DNA of 24,000 nucleotides from Streptomyces sp. 5.8 (GTDB lineage: Bacteria > Actinomycetota > Actinomycetes > Streptomycetales > Streptomycetaceae), in NCBI RefSeq assembly GCF_049310065.1, contig NZ_JBMDLB010000007.1, positions 1,549,224 to 1,573,223 of the forward strand. Direction: 5' to 3'. Shown piece after piece: positions 9,001 through 16,828 of this stretch. How positions within the stretch are numbered: the stretch's first letter is position 1; every line of letters begins with the position of its first letter. The notes under the pieces are model-generated. The model was given only the letters and a program-made list of their open reading frames with translations. It ran no database searches and was not told where the DNA came from. Made by a program: the position numbers and the translations under genes.

Positions 9001-10336
9001 TGCGGGTCTTACGGTCGGCTCCACGGGGCTTCGACTCCGCCTTGGCGAGGTCCAGGTCTCCGGCCACTCCGGTACCTGTCGTACGGGTCGCGAGGGCGAC
9101 CAGGTTGTGTCCGGCGTTCGCGTCCCGGTCAAGGACGAGGCCGCAGTTGTCGCACTCGAAGACGCGCATGCTGAGGGGCAGCTTGGCTTTCACCACACCG
9201 CAGCGTGAGCAGGTCTTCGAGGAGGGGTACCAGCGGTCGGCCACGATGAGTCGCGTGCCGTGCCGACGGGTCTTGTAGGTGAGCTGGCGTCGGATCTCGC
9301 CGAACGCGGCGTCCGCCACGCGGCGGGACAGGCGGCGGTTGCGACCCATGCCGGCGACGTTGAGGTCTTCGACGACGATCGTGCCGTATTCGGAGGCGAG
9401 GCGGGTCGTCATCTTGTGGAGGGTGTCCTCGCGAAGGTTCGTGACCCGGTGATGGATCACGTTCCGAGCCTGGTTGGCCTTCTCCCAGCGCTTCGACGCC
9501 TGCTGCCCGGTCTGCCGGTCGGGGCCCTGGCGACGGGAGACGATCCGGCTGGCGCGGCGCAGCTGTTTCTGTGCGCGGTCGAGGTGGCGTGGGTTGGGTT
9601 CCTCGCTGAGGATGCCGTCGCTGTCCGCGAGGACGGCCAGCGTTTTGATGCCGAGGTCGATGCCGACCGCCGCGTCCGGACGGGCCACTTTCACCAGCTG
9701 GTGCTTCTGCTCGACCTGGAGGGACACGAACCAGCGGCCCCGGTCCAGGCATGCGGTCGCGGAGAGAATCCGCATGTTCCCCGTGTCGATGAGGGCTCGC
9801 AGGTCGGCTCGGTTCTCGTGGATGCGGACCGTGCCGATCCTGGGCAGGGTGATGTGCCTGCCGTCAGGCTCGATGCGGATCGTGCCAGTGGTGAACCGGC
9901 AGGTCAGGCGCGTTTTCCGTTTCGACTTGAAGCGCGGGATACCCATCTTTGGGCCCTTGCGCTTACCGTTCTTCGACTTCGCATAGTTTTCGAACGCCGC
10001 CGATGCGTTGGCCAGGCCGGTGTTGTACGCCTCCTTGGAGTTCTCCCCCCACCAGCAGGTGAAGCGCGCGTTGGTGCGCTTGTCCCCGTTGAACGCCTTC
10101 CGCAGCGAGGGCAGCGACCACGACCGCCACTCGGTGAGCTGGTCCTCGGGGATGCCGTACGACTGCTCGGCCTTGCGCTGCCACCACACGGCGGTGATGT
10201 ACGCAACCGCCCAGTTGTACGCGGTCCGCGCGGCCCCTCCGTGCGAGTGCAGATGACGGTTGGCCGTGGCGTTCGGGTCCAGCGCGAGCTTGTACGCAAG
10301 GACGGCGAACCCCGGCCGCGGCTTGAACTTCTTCAT
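8879..10336 (-). CDS. tnpB: RNA-guided endonuclease TnpB (IS607-family accessory protein)
   Basis: The RuvC triad context is intact (VGIDLGIKTLAV, TIVVEDLNVAGM, LDRDANAGHNL), as is the zinc ribbon (CSRCG...CDNCG). The start ATG at 10336 overlaps the tnpA stop (ATGA on the minus strand). The track ORF extends further upstream to 10420. Confidence 0.92.
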   Translation of the reverse strand: MKKFKPRPGFAVLAYKLALDPNATANRHLHSHGGAARTAYNWAVAYITAVWWQRKAEQSYGIPEDQLTEWRSWSLPSLRKAFNGDKRTNARFTCWWGENSKEAYNTGLANASAAFENYAKSKNGKRKGPKMGIPRFKSKRKTRLTCRFTTGTIRIEPDGRHITLPRIGTVRIHENRADLRALIDTGNMRILSATACLDRGRWFVSLQVEQKHQLVKVARPDAAVGIDLGIKTLAVLADSDGILSEEPNPRHLDRAQKQLRRASRIVSRRQGPDRQTGQQASKRWEKANQARNVIHHRVTNLREDTLHKMTTRLASEYGTIVVEDLNVAGMGRNRRLSRRVADAAFGEIRRQLTYKTRRHGTRLIVADRWYPSSKTCSRCGVVKAKLPLSMRVFECDNCGLVLDRDANAGHNLVALATRTTGTGVAGDLDLAKAESKPRGADRKTRTTRPRRKAGPGRAGGTIPNPRAGKETGDRQQATRMQLTLW

Positions 10337-10911
10337 CCAGCCGTCTCCGGGCCGGTGGCGACGGCAATGGCCCGGGCCGCGCGATTCCTCGCGGCGCGGC
10401 GGCCGTACAAGCGTGCGCACATCGAGGTCAGGACCTCGGTGATGTCCCGTACGAGGTCGTCGGCGCTCTCCGCCGGGTCAAGGACGACCAGGCGTCGCCC
10501 CGAGGCCGAGAGGGCGGCTTCGAGGTACTCGAAGCCGAACCGGGCAAGGCGGTCGCGGTGCTCGACCACGATCGTGCCCACACCCTGGTCGGCAAGCAGC
10601 CGGCGAAGTTCGCGGCAGCGCCCGTTCAAGCCGGAGCCGACCTCCGTCACCACGTCAGCAACCGTGAGACCCTGGGACGTTGCACCCTGTACGGTCCGGG
10701 CGACCTGGCGCTCCAAATCCGCTTTCTGGTCACCGGACGAGACACGGCAGTACACCACGACCCGCCCAGCGACCCGCGGGGCGGGCTCGGTCACGAGCCA
10801 TGTACCCGACGGCGTCTGGACGACCGGGACCGGCATACGGCCCTCTTTCGCCCAAGTCCACGCGGTCTGGTAATGCACGCCGTTACGCGCCGCCCACTCG
10901 GAAAGCTTCAC
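10333..10911 (-). CDS. tnpA: IS607-family transposase TnpA (serine recombinase with N-terminal MerR-like HTH)
   Basis: N-terminal HTH MKLSEWAARNGVHYQTAWTWAKEG, then a resolvase-type catalytic core (VVVYCRVSSGDQKADLERQ, VVEHRDRLARFG). GTG start at 10911. Confidence 0.92.
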   Translation of the reverse strand: MKLSEWAARNGVHYQTAWTWAKEGRMPVPVVQTPSGTWLVTEPAPRVAGRVVVYCRVSSGDQKADLERQVARTVQGATSQGLTVADVVTEVGSGLNGRCRELRRLLADQGVGTIVVEHRDRLARFGFEYLEAALSASGRRLVVLDPAESADDLVRDITEVLTSMCARLYGRRAARNRAARAIAVATGPETAG

Positions 10912-10976
10912 GACGCCAAGTTATTCGCTGAGGATATTGGATATCCACTGAAAGAAATAGGAACTGCTGTTCAATC

Positions 10977-11102
10977 CTCTACGCGGCCAAGGCGCGGGTG
11001 CCGCTCCGCGCCGTCGTCAAGGGGCGCATGCCGCGCGAGCTGCTCTCCCGCCGACCGCACACCCATCACGCGCTGGACGACGCGGTCGAGCAGGCCGAGC
11101 TG
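10977..11102 (+). pseudogene. DEDDh exonuclease, 3' fragment (Exo III motif)
   Basis: The in-frame sequence LYAAKARVPLRAVVKGRMPRELLSRRPHTHHALDDAVEQAEL carries the H-x4-D Exo III motif that complements the fragment at 8365-8825. Confidence 0.65.
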
Positions 11103-11495
11103 ATGAGCAACCTGATGGCGTGGGTGCCGCCCGTCCGCTCCCCTCTGGTCACGCATCTCGACTGGGGCCGCATGGAGGTGGAGGGCCTCCCGGCCGGGAA
11201 GGACTTCGTGCTGTACCCGGGTGGCGGCCGCTCCTGGGACTGGGGCGAGCACGGCACCCGGCACGAGCCGGGCATCCAGCCCGCCGACGTGGCCGAACTC
11301 CTGGACCGGGGGTGCACGGTGGCCGTCCTCAGCCGCGGAATGGCGCTGCGGCTCGGCGTCATGCCGCAGACGCTGCGGCTGCTCCGGGACGCCGGGGTGG
11401 AGGTGCACGTCGAGGAGACGCCCGCCGCGGTCGCGCTCTACAACCGGCTGGCCGCGACCGAGCGCGTCGGCGGGCTCTTCCACTCGACCTGCTGA
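11103..11495 (+). CDS. Mth938/NDUFAF3-like (DUF498) domain protein; start uncertain, in frame with the exonuclease 3' fragment
   Basis: ITHLxWGRMEV-type N-terminus (LVTHLDWGRMEVEGLPAGKDFVLYPGGGRSWDW ... VGGLFHSTC). No stop codon separates it from the exonuclease fragment. Candidate starts are ATG 11103, ATG 11115 and GTG 11124, and none has a clear RBS. Confidence 0.65.
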   Translation: MSNLMAWVPPVRSPLVTHLDWGRMEVEGLPAGKDFVLYPGGGRSWDWGEHGTRHEPGIQPADVAELLDRGCTVAVLSRGMALRLGVMPQTLRLLRDAGVEVHVEETPAAVALYNRLAATERVGGLFHSTC

Positions 11496-11521
11496 GGGAA
11501 CGACCCCGTGGACTCCGCGCC

Positions 11522-13612
11522 TCAGCCCGCCAGTTCCGGCAGCAGTTCGCGCAGTGGTGTCCGGGCGCCGGAGGTGTAGGCCGCGCGGAAGGCCTGCGGG
11601 GTGAGGCGGGTGCGGACCGTGTGCTGGACGCGGGGGGCCGCGGCCGCGCGCGGGCGGGTGCGGGAGACGGCGCCGAGGAGCCGGGCGGCCTCGGCGTAGC
11701 GGCCCTGGTCCGCCTCCAGTTCGGCCAGGAGTTCCACCGAGAAGGCCTGCCCGAGCGTGTCGTCCAGCGCGAACTGGGTCCGCAGCGCGCCGAGCAGTTC
11801 GCTGCGGGCCGCCGCCGGCCGGCCCTCGTGCCGCCGGACCAGGGCGTGGGCGTAGCTCACCCAGGAGCGGGCCCACAGGTCTGCCGGCCCGTCCGGCGGG
11901 CCACTCGGCGGGCCGCCCGGCGGGGCCTCCTCGGCCGAGACCGAGACCGAGACCGGGACCGAGGCCGGGTCCGTACGGGCGGCCGCCAGGGTCTGCGCGG
12001 CCCGCAGGGCCTCCCGGCCGGGGCCGAACCCGGGATCCGCCGGGAGGAGTTCCAGACCCTCCCGGTACTCCGCCGCGGCGTCCTCGTACCGGTCCTCCCA
12101 CAGTGCGATCGTGCCGCGCAGGTGCGCGAGGTACGCCAGGCAGGCGTCCTCCCCCTCGTGCACGGCCTCGGTCCACGCCTCCACCAGCAGGGGGTCGGCG
12201 CCGTCGGCCTCCCCGAAGGCGGCGACCAGCCACGCCGCGAGCCACAGTGCCCGCGCGGGCCGGGGCGCGGGGTGCACGGCCAGGGCGCGCTCCACGTGCT
12301 TGCGCCCCTCCGCCGCCATCCCGCACGCGGACCACAGGAACCACAGGGACACCGCGATCTCCAGGGCGGCGCCCGGCCCCCCGGCGGCGAGCGGGTTCAT
12401 CGCCGCGCGCAGCTCGGGGAGTTCCCGCAGGGCGAGGGCGCGCGCTTCCCGCTGCGCGCCGGCGTGCCACAGCCGCGCGGCCCGCTCCGCCACCACCCGG
12501 CAGCGCTCGCGGTGGCGCCGGGCCGTCGTCGCGCCGTCCCCGGCGGGTCCGTGCGCGAGCCTCCGGGCCGCGTACGCCCGTACGGACAGGGGCAGTCGGT
12601 AGCGGCCCGGCCCGGCGTCCGCGAGCAGGCCCGGGGCCAGTCGGAGCAGTGCCTCGACTGCGGTGTCCGGGGTGAGCGCCCCGAAGCCGCACACCTCGGC
12701 CACGGCCGCCCTGTCGAAGGAGCCCGCGAAGACGGAGAGCCGCTCCCAGAGCAGCCGTTCGGCGGGCGAGGCCAGGCGCAGCGAGCGTTCGGCGTCGACC
12801 CGGGTGCTGCGGCCGGCGCCGCCGGCGAGGAAGCCCAGCGGGTCGGAGCCGAGTCTGCGGAGCGCCTGCGCGGGCGCGTACTGGTGCGAGCGCCCCGCCG
12901 CGAGCTCCAGGGCCCCGGGGATCCCGTCGAGCGCCCGGCACAGCGCGGCCACGGCGCCCGCGTTGCGGTCGGTCAGCTCGAAGAAGGGGTCCGCGCCGCG
13001 CGCCCGCTCCTCGAAGAGCCGTACGGCCGCGTAGCCGGCGACGTCGGCCACCGGGAACCGCCGGGGCGGGTCGGGCACGGCCTGCCCCGGCAAGGCCGAC
13101 GGCTCCGCGGACAGCGGCTGCAAGGAGGGCTCGGTCGGCACCGACAGCGGCGGTACGGCGAGCACCGCTTCCCCGGCGAGCCGCAGCCGCCGCTGCGACG
13201 TGGCCAGAATGCGCAGCCCGGGCAGGCGCCGCAGCAGCTCGGCCGCGAGTCCCGCTCCGGCCTCCCCGAGCTGTTCGCAGCCGTCGAGCACGAGCAGTGC
13301 CTCACGGCCCGCGAGGCGGTCCGAGAGCTCTCCTGCGAGACGGTCCCAGCAGTGCTCGGGCAGGGTCCCGAGATCCGCCCAGACGGCGTCCAGGCCGTCC
13401 CGGTCGCCCAGGGTGCGGACGGTGCGCACCGCGAGCCGGGTCTTGCCGATGCCGGCCGGTCCGGTGAGCGTGACCAGGCGCTGCGTCGCGAGCAGGGAGG
13501 CGAGGGCGGTCAGTTCCCGCTCCCGCCCGATGAAGCTCGACAGTTCGGCGGGCACCGCCTGCCGCACGCCCGAGCCGGCCTCCCCCACACGTCCTCCTGC
13601 TGTGTCCGACAC
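11522..13612 (-). CDS. STAND-type ATPase (NB-ARC/AAA-like P-loop) with C-terminal TPR-like helical repeats; no recognisable DNA-binding or effector domain
   Basis: FIGRERELTAL is followed by Walker A (LTGPAGIGKTRLA) and Walker B-like (LLVLDGCEQL) motifs. It has an AfsR/LuxR-LAL-like central region and an Ala/Leu/Arg-rich helical C-terminus. An alternative start at GTG 13588 is preceded by AGGAGGA. Confidence 0.8.
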   Translation of the reverse strand: MSDTAGGRVGEAGSGVRQAVPAELSSFIGRERELTALASLLATQRLVTLTGPAGIGKTRLAVRTVRTLGDRDGLDAVWADLGTLPEHCWDRLAGELSDRLAGREALLVLDGCEQLGEAGAGLAAELLRRLPGLRILATSQRRLRLAGEAVLAVPPLSVPTEPSLQPLSAEPSALPGQAVPDPPRRFPVADVAGYAAVRLFEERARGADPFFELTDRNAGAVAALCRALDGIPGALELAAGRSHQYAPAQALRRLGSDPLGFLAGGAGRSTRVDAERSLRLASPAERLLWERLSVFAGSFDRAAVAEVCGFGALTPDTAVEALLRLAPGLLADAGPGRYRLPLSVRAYAARRLAHGPAGDGATTARRHRERCRVVAERAARLWHAGAQREARALALRELPELRAAMNPLAAGGPGAALEIAVSLWFLWSACGMAAEGRKHVERALAVHPAPRPARALWLAAWLVAAFGEADGADPLLVEAWTEAVHEGEDACLAYLAHLRGTIALWEDRYEDAAAEYREGLELLPADPGFGPGREALRAAQTLAAARTDPASVPVSVSVSAEEAPPGGPPSGPPDGPADLWARSWVSYAHALVRRHEGRPAAARSELLGALRTQFALDDTLGQAFSVELLAELEADQGRYAEAARLLGAVSRTRPRAAAAPRVQHTVRTRLTPQAFRAAYTSGARTPLRELLPELAG

Positions 13613-13715
13613 GTGCGCACCGTCATGTGGTCAACAGTTGAACGCACAAAGAGAGATGATCGGCTCATAATCCCGTTGTCCCGTCACCGACCGGGAGATC
13701 CACCAAGGGGAGGGT

Positions 13716-14789
13716 ATGAACTCGGCCATTTCCGCCATCGACGACACGGACCGGGCGCTGGTCCACGCACTCCAGCTCGCACCCCGCGCGAGCTGGGAGC
13801 TGCTGGGTCCGGTCCTCGGCGCGCGCCCGGACACCCTGGCGCGCCGCTGGGAGCGGCTCACCGGGTCCGGCGAGGCGTGGCTGAGCGGACTCGGGCTGCG
13901 GACCGGCGTCACGAAGCCCTGCATGGCGTGGGTGGAGGTCACGTGCACCGCGGGCACCTCGTCCTCGGTCGGGGACGTCCTCGTGGCGGATCCGCACGCG
14001 CTGGGGGTCGAGCACACCACCGGAAGCCGGGACCTCCTCGTCTTCGTGGCCGTCCCCGACCTGCCCACGCTGTACTCCTACCTGTCCTCCCGGGTGCAGC
14101 GGATCCCCGGCGTGCTCGGCACCCGCACCTCGATGGTGACGGCGGTGCACTACGCCCCCGACCGCTGGCGCCTGGACCAGCTGACCCCGGCTCAGATCGG
14201 CCTGCTGAACAGGCGGACCCGGCGGCCGGCGGCTTCCGCCGGCCCGGACCGGCCGGCGGTGGCCCCGCTCCAGCAGGAGGACCGGCCGCTGGTCCTGGCC
14301 CTGGCCTCGGACGCGCGGCGCAGCGTGGCCTCGCTGGCCCGGGAGTTCGCGATGAGCGAGTCGACCGTACGGCGCCGGCTGGCGCGGCTGGAGGCCGGGC
14401 TGAGCCTGCGCTACAGCTGCGCGCTGGCCTCCGGGCTGTCGGGCTGGCCGGTGTCGGCGACGCTGTGGGCGGAAGCGTCCGAGTTCGAGCTCGCCGACTG
14501 CGCGGCGGTCGCCGCGGGGCTGCGCGAGACCCGTATCTGCATGTCCGTCAGCGGCCCCTGGAACTTCATGATCAGCGCCCGGCTGCGCACGGTGGAGGAC
14601 CTCTCCCGCTACACGGCGGAGCTCACCCGGCGCCTGCCGGGCCTGCGCATCACGGACTCGGCGGTGGCCCTGCAGGTCCGCAAGGCGGAAGCCCAGGAAC
14701 TGGACCGCCGCGGCCACCGGGTCCGTACGGTCTGCCCGGACATCTGGTCGGACCCGGTCCTGGACATGTCCAGCCCCGCCGGCGTGTAG
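13716..14789 (+). CDS. Lrp/AsnC-family transcriptional regulator with duplicated HTH + AsnC-type modules
   Basis: There are two AsnC-type HTH segments (DDTDRALVHALQLAPRASWELLGPVLGARPDTLARRW and EDRPLVLALASDARRSVASLAREFAMSESTVRRRLARL). GGGGAGGG precedes ATG 13716. The last ~11 codons lie inside the first 40-bp repeat unit. Confidence 0.85.
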   Translation: MNSAISAIDDTDRALVHALQLAPRASWELLGPVLGARPDTLARRWERLTGSGEAWLSGLGLRTGVTKPCMAWVEVTCTAGTSSSVGDVLVADPHALGVEHTTGSRDLLVFVAVPDLPTLYSYLSSRVQRIPGVLGTRTSMVTAVHYAPDRWRLDQLTPAQIGLLNRRTRRPAASAGPDRPAVAPLQQEDRPLVLALASDARRSVASLAREFAMSESTVRRRLARLEAGLSLRYSCALASGLSGWPVSATLWAEASEFELADCAAVAAGLRETRICMSVSGPWNFMISARLRTVEDLSRYTAELTRRLPGLRITDSAVALQVRKAEAQELDRRGHRVRTVCPDIWSDPVLDMSSPAGV

Positions 14790-14900
14790 GGCACGGGATC
14801 CGGGCATTTCCGCCCCGCCGGCATGCAAGGCGCGGAGTCCTGGACATTTCCAGCCCCGCCGGCGTTTGAGGCGCGGGGTCCGGGGCGGAGCCCCGGGAAC
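14765..14900. repeat. Three tandem 40-bp GC-rich repeat units plus terminal hairpin (locus B of the repeat family)
   Basis: Units start at 14765, 14805 and 14845 with an exact 40-bp period (CAT(G/T)TCC(A/G)(G/C)CCCGCCGGC..T....GG...). A CCGGGGC-GGA-GCCCCGG hairpin follows at 14881-14897. The third unit resembles 1719-1766. Confidence 0.75.
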
Positions 14901-15027
14901 CTCGGCCGGAGCCTGCCCGCAGGGCAGTTGCAGCAGCGCGGAAACGCGTACGGCGGTGCGGACGCCAACCCCGCAGTGGGTGACGTACGCACCGCCGCAT
15001 CCCGCGCACGGACCGGGACCAGCCCGG

Positions 15028-16449
15028 TCAGTGCACCAGTACCGGATCCGGGGCGGCCGGGGCCGATCCCTTCCTGGCACCGAGGTGGTTGAAGGCGAGG
15101 TTCAGCAGGATGGCCACGACGCAGCCGGTGCTGATGCCGGAGTCGAGGACGACCAACAGGTCCTCGGGGAAGGCGTGGTAGAAGCCGGGCGCCGCGATCG
15201 GGATCAGGCCGATGCCGAGCGAGGCGGCGACGATCAGGGCGTTCTCGCCCTTCTCCATGGCCGCGCCGGCCAGGGTCTGGATGCCGCTGGCGGCGACCGA
15301 GCCGAAGAGGACGATGCCCGCGCCGCCGAGGACCGGCAGCGGTACGACTCCGATGACGGAGGCGGCGAGGGGACACAGGCCGAGCAGGATCAGGATGCCG
15401 CCGCCGGCCGCGACGACGAACCTGCTGCGGACCTTGGTCATGGCGACCAGCCCGATGTTCTGCGCGAAGGCACTGCACATGAACCCGTTGAACAGCGGGC
15501 TGAGCGCGCTGCCCAGGGTGTCGGCGCGCAGGCCGCCCTCGATGGTCTTCGCGTCCGCCGGACGGCCGACGATCTTGCCCAGGGCGAGGATGTCGGCGGT
15601 GGACTCGGTCATGCACACCAGCATCACGATGCACATGGAGATGATCGCGGCGACCTGGAACTGCGGCGCCCCGAAGTGGAACGGCGTGGGGAAGCCGATG
15701 ATGTCGGCGTTCCGGACGGCGTCGAAGTTCGTCATGCCCAGGGGCAGCGCTATGAGCGTGCCGACGACCAAGCCGAGGAGGATGGAGATCTGCTGGAGGA
15801 AGCCGCGCAGGAACTTGCGCATCAGCAGGACGATCGCGAGGGTGACCGCGGCCATGGCGATGTTCTTCATCGAGCCGTAGTCGGTGGCGGTGCTGTTCCC
15901 GCCCTGCGACCAGTTGAAGGCCACGGGGAGCAGCGAGACGCCGATGAGGGTGATGACCGTACCGGTGACGACCGGGGGGAAGAACCGGACCAGTTTCCCG
16001 AAGTACGGGGCGGCGAAGAAGCCGAGGATTCCGGCGACGATGATCGCGCCGAAGATGATCGGGATGGCGTTGTCGCCCTCACCCTTTCCGATGGCGATCA
16101 TCGGGGTCACGCCGGCGAAGGAGACGCCGTTGACGAAGGGGAGCTTGGCGCCGATCTTCCAGAACCCGAGGGTCTGGAGGAGGGTGGCGAGCCCTGCGGT
16201 GAAGAGCGAGGCGCCCATCAGGAAGGCGGTCTCGGTGGCGGAGAGTCCCACGGCCGGGCCGACGATCATGGGCGGGGCAACCACACCCGCGTACATGGCG
16301 GCTACGTGCTGGAGACCGCTGGTGAACATTTTCAGCGGCGGCAGGGTCTCGTCGACCGGGTGCTTCACCCCTGAGTCGTCTGAGTCGTCTGCGACCTGCG
16401 GTACTGCGACTGCGTCTGCGTCTTTGCGAAACCTGGGCGCCTGGGCCAC
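15028..16449 (-). CDS. Nucleobase:cation symporter-2 (NCS2) family permease (xanthine/uric acid/uracil permease type)
   Basis: Polytopic membrane protein with NCS2 signatures (LQHVAAMYAGVVAPP, FAQNIGLVAMTKV). GGAGGA lies 5 nt before GTG 16449. The track ORF starts at 16473. Confidence 0.9.
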   Translation of the reverse strand: MAQAPRFRKDADAVAVPQVADDSDDSGVKHPVDETLPPLKMFTSGLQHVAAMYAGVVAPPMIVGPAVGLSATETAFLMGASLFTAGLATLLQTLGFWKIGAKLPFVNGVSFAGVTPMIAIGKGEGDNAIPIIFGAIIVAGILGFFAAPYFGKLVRFFPPVVTGTVITLIGVSLLPVAFNWSQGGNSTATDYGSMKNIAMAAVTLAIVLLMRKFLRGFLQQISILLGLVVGTLIALPLGMTNFDAVRNADIIGFPTPFHFGAPQFQVAAIISMCIVMLVCMTESTADILALGKIVGRPADAKTIEGGLRADTLGSALSPLFNGFMCSAFAQNIGLVAMTKVRSRFVVAAGGGILILLGLCPLAASVIGVVPLPVLGGAGIVLFGSVAASGIQTLAGAAMEKGENALIVAASLGIGLIPIAAPGFYHAFPEDLLVVLDSGISTGCVVAILLNLAFNHLGARKGSAPAAPDPVLVH

Positions 16450-16668
16450 GGCTTCCTCCGAACTGTTTAACACGCCGGCAGGGACGTGATGTGTCTGGGA
16501 GGTGATGCGAAAGCTGTACGAGTCGAGCCGTTATGGAGTTGTGGGTGCTGCGAATGCTTGTCCCAAGGGGTGCGGAAACGGTTCGCCCGAGTCGTTCCAC
16601 GCTGAAATCGGAAAATGAGCTGGCGGTGCCGTAGCAGTGGCGCGGTACATGGGCTGCCGAGCGAATGA

Positions 16669-16722
16669 CACGAGCTGCGGGGCCGGTGGCACGAGCTGCG
16701 GAGCAGCCTGCACGAGTCACCG
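16669..16722. repeat. Three CACGAG-containing direct repeats with 21-bp period
   Basis: CACGAGCTGCGG occurs at 16669-16680 and 16690-16701, and CACGAGTCACCG at 16711-16722. They lie upstream (on the minus strand) of the permease gene. Confidence 0.5.
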
Positions 16723-16730
16723 CCCCCGGG

Positions 16731-16828
16731 GCGCCCGAGGAAGAATCCTCGGGCGCTACCCGGGAACAGCTGCCGCGGACCCCGCTCGGGTCCGCGGCCG
16801 CCGGCCGGGGGCCGTCCCCCCCGGCCGG
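16731..16828 (-). terminator. Cluster of three strong GC hairpins after the deaminase gene
   Basis: GCGCCCGAGG/CCTCGGGCGC (16731-16756), GCCGCGGACCC/GGGTCCGCGGC (16772-16798) and CCGGCCGGGGG/CCCCCGGCCGG (16801-16828). Confidence 0.6.

Larger units (their letters stand above)
8826..10976 (-). mobile_element. IS607-family insertion sequence (tnpA serine recombinase + tnpB); ends approximate
   Basis: The tnpA-tnpB pair sits between two halves of one exonuclease gene. Non-coding ends that look AT-richer by eye lie at 8826-8878 and 10912-10976. A 3-nt ATC microhomology occurs at both junctions. Removing 8826-10976 (2151 nt, a multiple of 3) joins ...KTVALI to LYAAKARVPLRAVVKGRMP... in frame. Confidence 0.8.

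Noticed and set aside
8879-10420. The longer TnpB ORF starting at 10420, which overlaps tnpA by 88 nt.
   Set aside because: The extra 28 residues are Arg/Pro-rich off-frame-looking sequence. The ATG at 10336 gives the typical MKKFKP... TnpB N-terminus and a canonical ATGA coupling with the tnpA stop.
11522-13612. The STAND ATPase as an Avs-like antiphage sensor.
   Set aside because: No nuclease, protease, TIR or other effector domain is recognisable. Its overall similarity is to AfsR/LAL-type regulatory ATPases, and a nearby IS alone is not evidence for a defence island.
14765-14884. The 40-bp tandem repeats as a possible CRISPR array.
   Set aside because: The units are directly adjacent with no unique spacers. 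They are only roughly 70-85 percent identical to each other by hand alignment, and no cas genes are present.
16474-16668. A purine (guanine/xanthine) riboswitch in the permease leader.
   Set aside because: I could not find the conserved purine-riboswitch core (the three-way junction with its conserved loop and junction nucleotides) on the minus strand. Only generic hairpins are present.
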